Source of the DNA: an uncultured delta proteobacterium
GTDB taxonomy: Bacteria > Myxococcota > Myxococcia > Myxococcales > Myxococcaceae
Direction: 5' to 3'
Length of the DNA stretch: 64,000 bases
Assembly (NCBI GenBank): GCA_963713045.1
Contig: CAVQKE010000001.1
Span: 512,001 to 576,000, forward strand
Made by a program: the position numbers and the translations under genes. Each line of letters opens with the position of its first letter. Within the stretch, counting starts at the first letter, position 1. The notes beneath the pieces are model-generated. The model had not been told where the DNA came from and ran no database searches. It was given only the letters and a program-made list of their open reading frames with translations. Shown piece after piece: positions 49,947 through 59,392 of this stretch.

Positions 49947-52900
49947 TTGCCGCGCTCCTCACCGTGGTCTTCGCCGCGGGACCAAGCGGCCCCGCCCTAC
50001 TGACCCCGCTCGACAAAAGCGTCAATCCGGTGGTCACCAAGGTCCGGGAAAAGCAAGAGAACATCGACAAGCTCAAGCGCGACATCTTCAAGGTGGACCG
50101 CTCCATCATCGAAACCGAGCGGTTGATTGCACGGAGCCGCACCGCCACCTACCTCCCCGACCTCCAGTTCCGGCTCGCCGAACTGTATGTCGAGAAAAGC
50201 CGCTACGTGTACTACCTCCAGGCCGAACAGCGAGCTGAAGGTGTGACCGGAGCGATGGTCAGCCCCGAGACGCGTCTTCTGAAACAAAAGGCGGTGCAGC
50301 TCTACTACCGGCTTCAGCGGGAGTACCCGGACTTCCACGACGGGGACAAGGTCACGTTTTATCTCGCGCACGAGCAGCGCGAGCTCGGTCAGTTCGACGA
50401 CATGCTGGCCACGCTGCGTTCGCTCATCGACAAGTACCCGAAGAGCGAGCTGCGGCTGGAGTCGGAGCAGATTCTCGGCGACTACTGGTTCGACAAGGCA
50501 AACCTCGATGAAGCCGAGCGCCACTACCAGGCCATTCTTCAGTTTCCGCCCTCACCGGTGCATGACTTGGCCCGTTACAAAATGGGGTGGATTCGCGTCA
50601 ACCAACAGCGCTTCAACGACGCGGTCGGCTTTTTCGAGGCGGCCGCCGGCAGCCCGCCGATTCCCGGCGTCGACTCGGCCAAATCCCTCAACGTGAAGCG
50701 CGAGGCGCTGCTCGACCTGGTCTACAGCTACACCGAGGCACGCCCGGCCAAGGGCGCCCTGCCCTACTTCGAGAAATTGTCCGACAGCCGATCGACCTAC
50801 GCGCTCGCCTTGGACAAGTTGGGGAACCGCTACTTCATTAAGCAGCAGTATGAGTGGGCCATTCCCACGCTCCGCAAGCTGATGGAAATTCAGCCTGACC
50901 CAGAGCTGGACATGGAGCGGGCCGAGAAGGTGTACGACTCGCTCCGCGCTGCCAAGGGCAGAGTTCCTACCACCCAGGCCGACATCAAGTTTTTGGTACG
51001 GGCCGCAGTCAACGTGAAGGTGGATCCCTTCAAAGACGAGATTGTTCGCCGCAAACAGCTGGCCGAGCTCGAGGAGATTACCCGCGACCTGGCGACGCAG
51101 CTGCAGTCTCTGGCCCAGAAAACCAACACCCGCGAGGCTTACCTGGACGCGGCGGCGGCGTACAAAGAGTACCTGTCTCTGTTCCGGCCGGAAAAGTACG
51201 TGCGTGACATCATGCACAACCGTGCGGATGCGCTCTTTGCCGCTCGGGCCTTCCCGGAGGCCGCGCGTCAGTTTGAGGAGTTGGGGCACTACGAGGAGCG
51301 GGCCAAAAACACCAAGGGCATGGAGGCCTCCGCCTACGGTGCGCTCCTCAGCTCCTTCTCCGCCCTCAAACCGGGAGAAGTCGAGCAAATCTCGGCCTTC
51401 GAAGTGGCCGACGCTCGCCAGGCGCTCAAGATTGATGGCGCCGCCTTCATCAGCAAGTACCCGCGCAACCCCAACGTGGTGACGCTCAAGTTCAACATCG
51501 CTCGCGCCTATTACGACGATGGAGAATTCGAAAGATCGAGCCAACTGTTCACCGCCTTCGCGCTCGAATACCCGGACAACAAGGACGCACCGGCGGCCGG
51601 GAAGTTGGCGCTGGACGGCCTGCGGCAACTCAACGACTTCAAGGGCATCGAGGAAACGGCCCGGAAGTTCCTTGCCAATGCGCGCCTGCCGGCGACCTTC
51701 CTGGCCGACGTCCGGAGGACCCTGAGCGAGAGCAAGGGCGAGGCCCTGGGCGAGCTCGCGCTGCAGAGCTCTGCAGAGACCGGTGACGTGGTGGAAGGCC
51801 TGCTCAAAGTCGCCGCGGAGAACAAAACCAACGACATCGGCGAGAAGGCTTTGTACGGCGCCTTCAGCGCGGCGCGCGAGAAGCGCGACTTCGCGAAGGA
51901 GCGAGAAATCGGCGCCAAATTCATGGCCGACTACCCGAAGAGCAGCTTCGTTCCGGACGTTGCCAACACGCTCGGTCGGGCCGCCGCAGAAGCAGGCCGC
52001 TTCACCGAAGCGGCGCAATGGTACGAGCAGGTGGGGGCGCGCATGGGAACCGACCCAGCGGCTTTCGAGGGCTGGATGTCTGCCGGTCGGCTTCGCGAGG
52101 CGCTGCACGACTACCCAGGCGCCATCAAGGACTTCAGCGCGGCGGCGGCCTTGCCGAGCAACCGGCGCGCCGACGCCTATGGCGCCCTGGCGCAAGTCAA
52201 ACTGCGGGCCAATGACCTCGCCGGGGCAAAGGCGGCGGCGGAGGCCGCACTCAAGCTGGACAAGAGCCAGCCGCTGGCAGCCTCGGTGTACGCCGAAGCC
52301 GCCTCCAAGCTTGGCGGAGAGAGGCCCGACGTCGTGGCTCGGGTGTTGGCGACGGTGGTCAACTCGCCCAACGGCCAGGGGGAGGAGACGGCCCGGGGCC
52401 TTTGGTACCTGGGAGAAATGCTGTACCGCAACTTCAAGGCTATCCCGCCCGACCAAATTGACCAAAAGGTGGCCGCCCTGCAGCAGCTGCAGGGGGTTTA
52501 CAACCAGGCGGCGTCAATGGGCTCGGCCGAGTGGGCCGTTGCCTCTCTCTGGAAGCTCGGACTGGCCTTGAAGTCGCTTGCCGAGACGGTGGAGGCGACG
52601 CCGGTGCCGGCCGGCGCGAGCGCCGCGCAGGCCCAGCAGTTCCGGAGCACGGTGCAGCAGCAGGTGCAACCCATCAAGGACCAGTCGGACGAGGCCTTCA
52701 AGACCTGTCTTGCCCGGGCCACACAGCTTGAAGTCTTCAGCGAAGCCGTCCTTGGCTGCAGGACGAAGAGCGACTCCGTGCGCTCGCCGCTTCCCACGCC
52801 GGGTCCACCTGCGGCGCTGGCCAACAACGTTGCCGAGTTGCAAAAGCAGGCCGAGGCGAAGCAGGACGCCCCATCGATGGAGGCGCTCGGCATGGCCTAC

Positions 52901-53212
52901 CTTGACGCCCGTCAGATGGGACAGGCGCAGCTGATTCTCTCGCGAGCGACGGAGCTGCAGGAAACCCGCGCCTCGGCGCAAAACGCGCTGGGGATTGCGC
53001 TCCTCTACCAAGGTGAGCCGATGCTGGCCCGGGCTGCCTACGGCAAGGCGCTCGAGGCCGACCCTGGGTATGACAAGGCCCACGCCAACCTCGCGGCGCT
53101 CCACTGTCGGTATGGAGACGTGGACGGCGCTCGCAAGGAGCTGGCTCAAATCAAAGACCCGGCAAGCGTCCGCGGCGTCGACGTCGACCCTGACTGGAGG
53201 GCTTGCAAGTGA
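49943..53212 (+). CDS. GltD/AgmU-like large TPR protein
   Basis: FRLAELY.EKS, RYKMGW and many TPRs over ~1090 aa. GTGA-coupled. Confidence 0.82.
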   Translation: MIAALLTVVFAAGPSGPALLTPLDKSVNPVVTKVREKQENIDKLKRDIFKVDRSIIETERLIARSRTATYLPDLQFRLAELYVEKSRYVYYLQAEQRAEGVTGAMVSPETRLLKQKAVQLYYRLQREYPDFHDGDKVTFYLAHEQRELGQFDDMLATLRSLIDKYPKSELRLESEQILGDYWFDKANLDEAERHYQAILQFPPSPVHDLARYKMGWIRVNQQRFNDAVGFFEAAAGSPPIPGVDSAKSLNVKREALLDLVYSYTEARPAKGALPYFEKLSDSRSTYALALDKLGNRYFIKQQYEWAIPTLRKLMEIQPDPELDMERAEKVYDSLRAAKGRVPTTQADIKFLVRAAVNVKVDPFKDEIVRRKQLAELEEITRDLATQLQSLAQKTNTREAYLDAAAAYKEYLSLFRPEKYVRDIMHNRADALFAARAFPEAARQFEELGHYEERAKNTKGMEASAYGALLSSFSALKPGEVEQISAFEVADARQALKIDGAAFISKYPRNPNVVTLKFNIARAYYDDGEFERSSQLFTAFALEYPDNKDAPAAGKLALDGLRQLNDFKGIEETARKFLANARLPATFLADVRRTLSESKGEALGELALQSSAETGDVVEGLLKVAAENKTNDIGEKALYGAFSAAREKRDFAKEREIGAKFMADYPKSSFVPDVANTLGRAAAEAGRFTEAAQWYEQVGARMGTDPAAFEGWMSAGRLREALHDYPGAIKDFSAAAALPSNRRADAYGALAQVKLRANDLAGAKAAAEAALKLDKSQPLAASVYAEAASKLGGERPDVVARVLATVVNSPNGQGEETARGLWYLGEMLYRNFKAIPPDQIDQKVAALQQLQGVYNQAASMGSAEWAVASLWKLGLALKSLAETVEATPVPAGASAAQAQQFRSTVQQQVQPIKDQSDEAFKTCLARATQLEVFSEAVLGCRTKSDSVRSPLPTPGPPAALANNVAELQKQAEAKQDAPSMEALGMAYLDARQMGQAQLILSRATELQETRASAQNALGIALLYQGEPMLARAAYGKALEADPGYDKAHANLAALHCRYGDVDGARKELAQIKDPASVRGVDVDPDWRACK

Positions 53213-53712
53213 GGTGGCTCGGGTTGGCGAGCTCTGCCGTGGTGCTGCTCTGCTGCGGACCGCAGCAAGTCCAAGGCAGCCTGAGTTCTCTTCTCAACCT
53301 TCAGTACAACGAGGTGCACCTCGGCTACACCGGCGGTTCGGTCGACGGCGGCGTCATGACCAATGGCCAGGTCGCGGTCTCCTTTCTGGAGATGTCGGGA
53401 AAGAACGTCAACGCAGTGTTGGTTGTGACCGAGGACTTGACCGGTTTGCTTGTCGAGCCGGGTGGCTCGGTGAACCTGGCGCAAGTCCCACCTTCCGGCG
53501 TCGGTCAGCGCGGTGTGGTGACGCGCGATGTGGCCAATGACCCCGTCACCACCTTCCCGGCGTTGCAACGCGGGGCGATGACGCTCAACTCCACCCCGAT
53601 TCCCGGATCCGGACATTCAATCGGCGGGAGCTTTTACGTCACTTTCGAGAACTGCCCTCAGTTCGCCTGTGGCTTCACGGCTTTCGGTTCCTTCACCGCG
53701 CAGGTGCAATGA
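53209..53712 (+). CDS. Small beta-rich lipoprotein
   Basis: GTGA coupling, LLCC lipobox-like segment, paralog of 44190..44702. Confidence 0.72.
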   Translation: MRWLGLASSAVVLLCCGPQQVQGSLSSLLNLQYNEVHLGYTGGSVDGGVMTNGQVAVSFLEMSGKNVNAVLVVTEDLTGLLVEPGGSVNLAQVPPSGVGQRGVVTRDVANDPVTTFPALQRGAMTLNSTPIPGSGHSIGGSFYVTFENCPQFACGFTAFGSFTAQVQ

Positions 53713-53713
53713 A

Positions 53714-54364
53714 ATGAAACGTCCACCGAGACTGCCGCTTCTTCTCGGGCTGCTGACCGTCGGCGCCGCGTGCGGCGGGCACTACAACACCAAGGTTCCG
53801 GACGACATGGTGCGCCAGCTTCCGTACGAGAACAAAATTGACCTGCTGGAGGCCGAGAATGACCTCTTCATCGCTTACGACAAGGTCGACGAGACCGAGA
53901 ACGAAGTTACGCGGACTCGCGACCAGATTCGCCGTGCCAAGCGCGCCGAGGGCATCGCCAGCGACGAGGTAGGGCAGTCGAAAGACCCGGCCACCCGGGA
54001 AATCGCACAGCTGACGGTGGAAGAAGTCCGTGCGCGCATCGACTACCTTCGAGCCCGTCAGACGCTCAACCTCCAGGCGGTCGAAGTCGAGGAGGTCGCC
54101 CGGCAATGTGCCGTCGCCCGCTACCAGCTGGCGCGTCTCCTCGCGGTTCGAAAGGCCAAGGTGAAGGGAAGCGAAGGTTACAAGCCAGAGGATTTCGAAC
54201 GTCAGGTGAAGGCCTGCGACGCGGAGGTTGCTGACCGAAAGAAAAGCCTCAAGCCCGACCAAGAGTCACTGACCAAGACCCGGACCGAATGGGAGAAGCG
54301 CAAAGAGGTGCTGGCCAAACGCACCTTCGATGCCCGGGCCAGTCCCTTCGTGGAGCGTCTCTAA
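53714..54364 (+). CDS. Coiled-coil lipoprotein
   Basis: Lipobox GAAC followed by a charged helical body. Confidence 0.75.
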   Translation: MKRPPRLPLLLGLLTVGAACGGHYNTKVPDDMVRQLPYENKIDLLEAENDLFIAYDKVDETENEVTRTRDQIRRAKRAEGIASDEVGQSKDPATREIAQLTVEEVRARIDYLRARQTLNLQAVEVEEVARQCAVARYQLARLLAVRKAKVKGSEGYKPEDFERQVKACDAEVADRKKSLKPDQESLTKTRTEWEKRKEVLAKRTFDARASPFVERL

Positions 54365-56283
54365 TGTCCGTCTGGCTGCTGGCGCTCTCGCTGCTTGCGG
54401 CTGACCCCGACCCGGAGCAGGCCGAACTTCGCAAGGCCATCCAAGAGGAGAGCGCACGGGTGGAGGTCGCGCCGGACGATGCCGAGGCGCTCCAACGCCT
54501 CGGGCTCGCCTTCCTTGCCCTCGGCGAACCGGAAAAGGCGGTGGGGCCTTTCCGCGAGTTGGTGCGGCGGCGAGATGGGCCCACTGCGCGCCTCCTCCTC
54601 TCGCGGGCGCTCCGCCTCTCCGGAGAGGGCACCGAGGCCCGCACCGTCTTGGTGGCAGCCATCGCCGCCTTCCCCGGGGACGCCTCGCTGCATGCCGAGC
54701 GCGGCCTGATGGCGCGGCGCTTCGACGAGACCGACATCGCAATTGCCGAATATGGACGAGCGGTCGAACTGCAGCCGCAGGACGCCGCGCTGCGCTTCAA
54801 TCTCGCCGAGGCACAGCACCACGCTGGACGATTGGACGAGGCCATCGAGGGCTACCGCCGAGCACTGTCGATGGACCCCACCCTTGGCGCTGCCCAGGTC
54901 AACCTCGGCAAGGCCCTGGCGGAGAAAGGCCTCACCGCCGAAGCCAAGGACACTCTGCTTGCAGCCGCGCGGACTGGGGTCGCCGACCCAGCCGTCCACT
55001 ACAACCTCGGCGTTGTCTTGATGAAGGAGGGCAACATCGACGGCGCAATCGCCTCTTTCGAGCGCGCCCTGACGCTGAACCCCAGCTATGTCCAGGCCAA
55101 CAACAACCTTGGGGTGGCCCTGATGGATGGCAAGGACGACGTCGCCCGGGCCACCAAGCATTTTCAGGCGGCCACCCAAGGCGACCCCGGCTATGCCGAC
55201 GCCTGGTTCAACCTGGGGCTGGCCCAGTTCCGAGCGGGGGACAACCTGCACGCCACCAAGTCCTTTGAGCGGGCGCTGTCGCTCCAGCCGAAGGCGAGCG
55301 GCCCCTACACCCAGTTGGGGCAGCTGTATTTGAAGATGGGGAAGCGAAAAGAGGCGGTGGAGGCATTCCAGAAGGCCATCGCTCTGCGAGCGGACGACCC
55401 GAAAGCCTCGCGCAGTGCCGAAGCCTTCAAGGGACTGGCCTTGGCTTACGTCGGGCAGGGGAAATTCGCCCAGGCCGTCGAGACGCTGCAGCGGGCGGTC
55501 CACGAATTTCCCGACGACGCCGGCACCCGCGCTGCGCTGGCCGATGCCTACCTCGCGATGGGCGACCTCGACCAGGCCATCATCGAAGCAGAGAAACGCG
55601 TCGCGCTTTCGCCGACTGTCGACGCGAGGCTCGACTTAGCGGCCCTTTACGCCAAGAAGCGCGTCGCCGCCAAGGCCGAGCCCCTCTTCAAATCGGTGCT
55701 GACCGACGCGCCCGATGATCTCGCGGCCATCATCGGCTTGGCCGACCTGTACCTCGCGATGGGAAACTGGCAGGCCGCCGAATCCCTTCTCTCGGCGGCG
55801 AAGGAGAAGCGCCCCGACGACACCTCCATCCTCTCGCGGCTCGGCATCCTCCATGCCCGGAAAGGGCGGCCGGACCTGGCACTCCCGGAACTCGAGGCGC
55901 TGGTGCGCCGAGACCCAACGCAACTCGAAGCGAAGGCCGAGCTGGGCTTCCTGTATTTTAGAGGCGGGGACCCGGAAGCCGCGGCCAAAGTCTTGCGCGC
56001 GGTGCTGGCTGCGGATCCTCGGCAGCCCTATGGGCTGCTCTACCTCGGCCACGTCCTCTATGAAGAGCGCCAGCCGACCAGGGCCGAGGAGTCGTTTAAG
56101 GCGGCGGCCCAGTCGGACCCGGGTGCCGCCGAGCCTCACTACGCGCTCGGCCAACTCTACGAGGCGCAAGGGAAGAAGAAGGACGCTTTGGCCGAGTACC
56201 AGCGGGCGGCCAGCCTCCAGAAGGACCATCCCTACGCCGCCGAAGCAGCGAAGCGCGTCGCCTCGCAGACTGCCACCCCATAA
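54364..56283 (+). CDS. Exported multi-TPR protein
   Basis: Short hydrophobic N-terminus and many canonical TPRs (YNLGV, NNLGVAL, AWFNLG). TAATG overlap. Confidence 0.88.
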   Translation: MSVWLLALSLLAADPDPEQAELRKAIQEESARVEVAPDDAEALQRLGLAFLALGEPEKAVGPFRELVRRRDGPTARLLLSRALRLSGEGTEARTVLVAAIAAFPGDASLHAERGLMARRFDETDIAIAEYGRAVELQPQDAALRFNLAEAQHHAGRLDEAIEGYRRALSMDPTLGAAQVNLGKALAEKGLTAEAKDTLLAAARTGVADPAVHYNLGVVLMKEGNIDGAIASFERALTLNPSYVQANNNLGVALMDGKDDVARATKHFQAATQGDPGYADAWFNLGLAQFRAGDNLHATKSFERALSLQPKASGPYTQLGQLYLKMGKRKEAVEAFQKAIALRADDPKASRSAEAFKGLALAYVGQGKFAQAVETLQRAVHEFPDDAGTRAALADAYLAMGDLDQAIIEAEKRVALSPTVDARLDLAALYAKKRVAAKAEPLFKSVLTDAPDDLAAIIGLADLYLAMGNWQAAESLLSAAKEKRPDDTSILSRLGILHARKGRPDLALPELEALVRRDPTQLEAKAELGFLYFRGGDPEAAAKVLRAVLAADPRQPYGLLYLGHVLYEERQPTRAEESFKAAAQSDPGAAEPHYALGQLYEAQGKKKDALAEYQRAASLQKDHPYAAEAAKRVASQTATP

Positions 56284-56375
56284 GCTGGCGTCGTGCGTTG
56301 CGACGTGGGAGGCGCCGCGCTCTAGGGTTCAACCCGCAAACGCCCTTCTCCCCAATGGAAGTTGCCGGCCTCGCC

Positions 56376-57413
56376 TTAGCGGCGACCGGCGTGCGCAGAG
56401 GAGCCGCTTCTTTCGGCCACCGCGTTTGGGTGACTGCTGGCAGTCACTGCGTGCCAGCTCGTCACGTCGGCAGCGTGGAAGAAGGAGGTCTCGCTGCCCG
56501 AGGTCGAAGCTGCCAGGCGTGCCGGCGCGGAGAAGGGCACGCCAGGCGCGACCGGAGTGTACTCACCACGCGGCTGCGGGTGTGTCCCGGTCGACGGGGG
56601 CGCCTGACTCGGTGGGGGCGGCGGGTGGGCGGACGGTGCCGACTGACGGAGCGCCGCATTGCGCAAGACGTTTCCCGAGTAGCCACGCGGCGGCTGGAGC
56701 TGAATGGCCGCGATGTGCCCCGGCGCGGGCGGCATAAGACTACCAGAAACGTGCTGGACGGGCTGAACGCTGGCGCGCTCCACCTGCGCAACTGCCGGCC
56801 CGGCATACCAGCGCGCCCCGCCGTAGGCGACTGCCTGGTGCACTGGAGCGGTGGCGGCATAGGCGTAGTGGATGCTCTCCACCGGAAGGCGGTGCGCCCA
56901 GAAGTTTCCCGAAAAGTGCGCTGTCGGGACGAAGCACCAGTAGGGGCGCCACGGCTGCACCACAACCACCCAACCAATCGGAGGCAGCGGCGCCCAGCCG
57001 ATGTAGCCACCGCCCATGCGCCAGTCCACCCAGGCGGGCGCCCAGACGGTGCCCGGAATCCAAATCCACCCGAGAGTGGCGTCCATGGCCCAACGCCCGT
57101 AGTGAAAGGGTGCCCAGCCCCAGCTGTAGTCACTCTGGAAGTACCACCCATAATCCGTCGACAGCCATTGGCCATTGGTGGCGTAGGGCTGGAAGTCGTC
57201 GCCGACGACGTTGGCCGAGGGCCGCCAAGCCCGGGTCCCGTCGGCCTCGAGCCACTCCCCATAGGGTGCGAGCGTTTCATCAAAGCTCGCCTGGACTTCG
57301 CTGTCGGGAGGGGGGATGGCAGTCCAGTCCTGGGCCAGAGCCCCCGTGCTGATAAGGCTCCCGGCCATCCAAAAAACACCAATAAATCCGACTAGTTGTC
57401 TCTTAACAACCAT
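56376..57413 (-). CDS. Secreted Trp/Tyr/Gly-rich protein (DUF6600-like)
   Basis: Signal, LAPYGEW, PY..NGQW, WGWAPFHYGRW, W.PG.VWAPAWV.W, GWAPLPP, Pro-rich tail. Confidence 0.8.
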   Translation of the reverse strand: MVVKRQLVGFIGVFWMAGSLISTGALAQDWTAIPPPDSEVQASFDETLAPYGEWLEADGTRAWRPSANVVGDDFQPYATNGQWLSTDYGWYFQSDYSWGWAPFHYGRWAMDATLGWIWIPGTVWAPAWVDWRMGGGYIGWAPLPPIGWVVVVQPWRPYWCFVPTAHFSGNFWAHRLPVESIHYAYAATAPVHQAVAYGGARWYAGPAVAQVERASVQPVQHVSGSLMPPAPGHIAAIQLQPPRGYSGNVLRNAALRQSAPSAHPPPPPSQAPPSTGTHPQPRGEYTPVAPGVPFSAPARLAASTSGSETSFFHAADVTSWHAVTASSHPNAVAERSGSSAHAGRR

Positions 57414-57551
57414 GTTTGGCGCGCCACCTTCTCATCGCCGTCGGTGGCACAGTCATGCCGGCCGAACCCCGAGCCAACATCCGACGTGAACTCGCGCCCG
57501 AATGTTCACACCCCGCCCCCCCCGCGGGAAAAACAGGCCCCGACCGGCCCC

Positions 57552-59390
57552 TCATTCAAAGGGGATGTATTCCAGGTAGAGGGTGGAGTTGCCGGGGTTG
57601 CGGGTATCCACCACCCAGCCACGTCCAAGCCCGTCCACCACCACCTGAATCGCGAAGTTGAAGACAGGGTCCGAGGCGGTGCCGATTTGGGTAATTTCAC
57701 GCCAGCCTCCATCCGCGGTGTAGCGGCCGCCCTTCACCACCAAGCAGCCGAGGGGTGGGGCATAGCAACCCGGCGGCAGCACGGCGCCAGCGTCGTTGCC
57801 TTTCAACCAAGCGGCCAGTGCATTCCCGCCCGGGTCCACTGCGATGACCGGGGCGTAGACCGCAACGCTTGGGTCACTGTCGAGTGTGACCGGTGCCGAC
57901 CAGCTGTCGCTGGCACGGGTGTAGATGGCCGAGGAGATGGCATTGGCCGTCCCGCCGTCGGGCGTGTCCTGCTCTTCTTGCCAAATTGCAATGACGTTGC
58001 CGTTGGCGGCAACCCCCACGTGCGGGTCGATGGCGAGAATGGCGTCGTCCAGTTGCACCCGAGCGCTGAACGGGTTGGCGCGGGTGGGGTCGAACGTCGA
58101 GCCGAAGACGTGCGTCACGTTCGGCTGGGTCTCGGATTGCCAGACAACGGCCCCGTTGCCGGCCGTTCCATACCCCATGGCAACTTGCGGCAGCTGCGAG
58201 TCTTCACTTGAATTGGACAGCGGGACCGGCGGGGGAAAATTTGCGGTGCTTGGGAGGAAGGCCGCCAGAATTTGTCCGGCGTCCACAGTCTCCTGGGCGG
58301 AGGTCCACGCGACCAGCGCATCCCCCCCTGCGAAGTCGCTTGCCAGACTGAGCTGATGTGCCGTCCCGGCCGGGTTCGCGGGAACGTTCAGGTTGGTTTG
58401 TATGGGGAAGGAGGCTCCCCAGCCCGCGTCCGCGCGGTAATACTCCCCGTACAGCACTTTCTGGAAAATCCACACCGCCAGCCCTCGGGCGTGTTCGAAA
58501 CCGACGACTTGTGGGAATGCCGGTCGTTGGTCTGCGCCGGCGTCGGCGAGTTCAATCGCACTGCTCCAACTTTGCGAGGTGGGGTTCCAGACGGCGACCA
58601 CCGCGACAGAACTGACTGGACCGGTGGTCGTCTGGTTGGTCCAGGCTGCGAACCCCGTCCCGTCATCGGCAACCCCGACGCTCGGATTGCTGGCCTGAAG
58701 GCCCACCACGTCCTGAAGGGTGGAGTTGGCCGTGGGATGGGCCCCAGAGGCCGAAACCCCAGCCCCGACGCCAAAGTCAGCCGTCGTTCCGGAGATGTAG
58801 AGGGTGACTTCGGTGATGACGTCTCCGAAGTAGTTGTCCGCGAGACTGAAGAGGCCCGTCTGCGTGGCGTAGCGGAGGCTTCCGCCCGAGGTGAAGACGC
58901 CGTCCCGCGTCGAGAAAGTGCTGCCGAACGGCAGCAACGGGCGCCCTTGCAAGTCCACGATGCCGGCATCCAAGAAGACGGTGTAGTCCGTCCCCAGGGC
59001 GAGTCCTCCGGCGAGCGGGACAAACGTGGCCTGGGAGACCCCGCCATCCACCGTCACCAGGTAGCCGCCCGGGACCACGAAGCCCTGTCCCACCAGGCTG
59101 AAGTTGTCGCTGACGCCTGAATCGGCAATGACCTCGGAGAATGTTGCGACGACGTCGGCGTTTAAGGGGACCACGTCCGTTGCCTGGTTCGCCGGCTGGA
59201 TTTGCGTGACCGTCGGCCCGGCATAAAGGAAGCAAACCTTCAGGGTGGGGTCGCACACCGCCGAGGGGTTGACCGCCTGGCAATCCGAGTCCGTCGAGCA
59301 ATTGGTACCGAAGCCGTTGCACGCTGCGAGGGCGAGGGCCGCAGAGGCAACGCCGGCAGCCAGACCCCAAAGCCGCTTGGAAGAGGTCAT
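57552..59390 (-). CDS. Lipoprotein with Cys-rich module, Ig-like (Big_5-like) domain and beta-propeller-like C-terminus
   Basis: Lipobox LAAC, C..DSDC.......C......C, P.V....PAN.A..V......ATFSE...DYTV. Confidence 0.8.
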   Translation of the reverse strand: MTSSKRLWGLAAGVASAALALAACNGFGTNCSTDSDCQAVNPSAVCDPTLKVCFLYAGPTVTQIQPANQATDVVPLNADVVATFSEVIADSGVSDNFSLVGQGFVVPGGYLVTVDGGVSQATFVPLAGGLALGTDYTVFLDAGIVDLQGRPLLPFGSTFSTRDGVFTSGGSLRYATQTGLFSLADNYFGDVITEVTLYISGTTADFGVGAGVSASGAHPTANSTLQDVVGLQASNPSVGVADDGTGFAAWTNQTTTGPVSSVAVVAVWNPTSQSWSSAIELADAGADQRPAFPQVVGFEHARGLAVWIFQKVLYGEYYRADAGWGASFPIQTNLNVPANPAGTAHQLSLASDFAGGDALVAWTSAQETVDAGQILAAFLPSTANFPPPVPLSNSSEDSQLPQVAMGYGTAGNGAVVWQSETQPNVTHVFGSTFDPTRANPFSARVQLDDAILAIDPHVGVAANGNVIAIWQEEQDTPDGGTANAISSAIYTRASDSWSAPVTLDSDPSVAVYAPVIAVDPGGNALAAWLKGNDAGAVLPPGCYAPPLGCLVVKGGRYTADGGWREITQIGTASDPVFNFAIQVVVDGLGRGWVVDTRNPGNSTLYLEYIPFE

Positions 59391-59392
59391 GG

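Noticed and set aside
50552..52465. Long antisense ORFs (also 25367..26812, 30897..32231, 7856..9085, 16405..17733)
   Set aside because: They are typical high-GC shadow frames opposite well-supported genes and have no motifs.
44840..53212. Calling this the main gliding (gltA-K) or nfs locus
   Set aside because: Gene content and order differ (single barrel, no clear gltE/gltJ) and it is linked to mts, so it is treated as a paralog without gene symbols.
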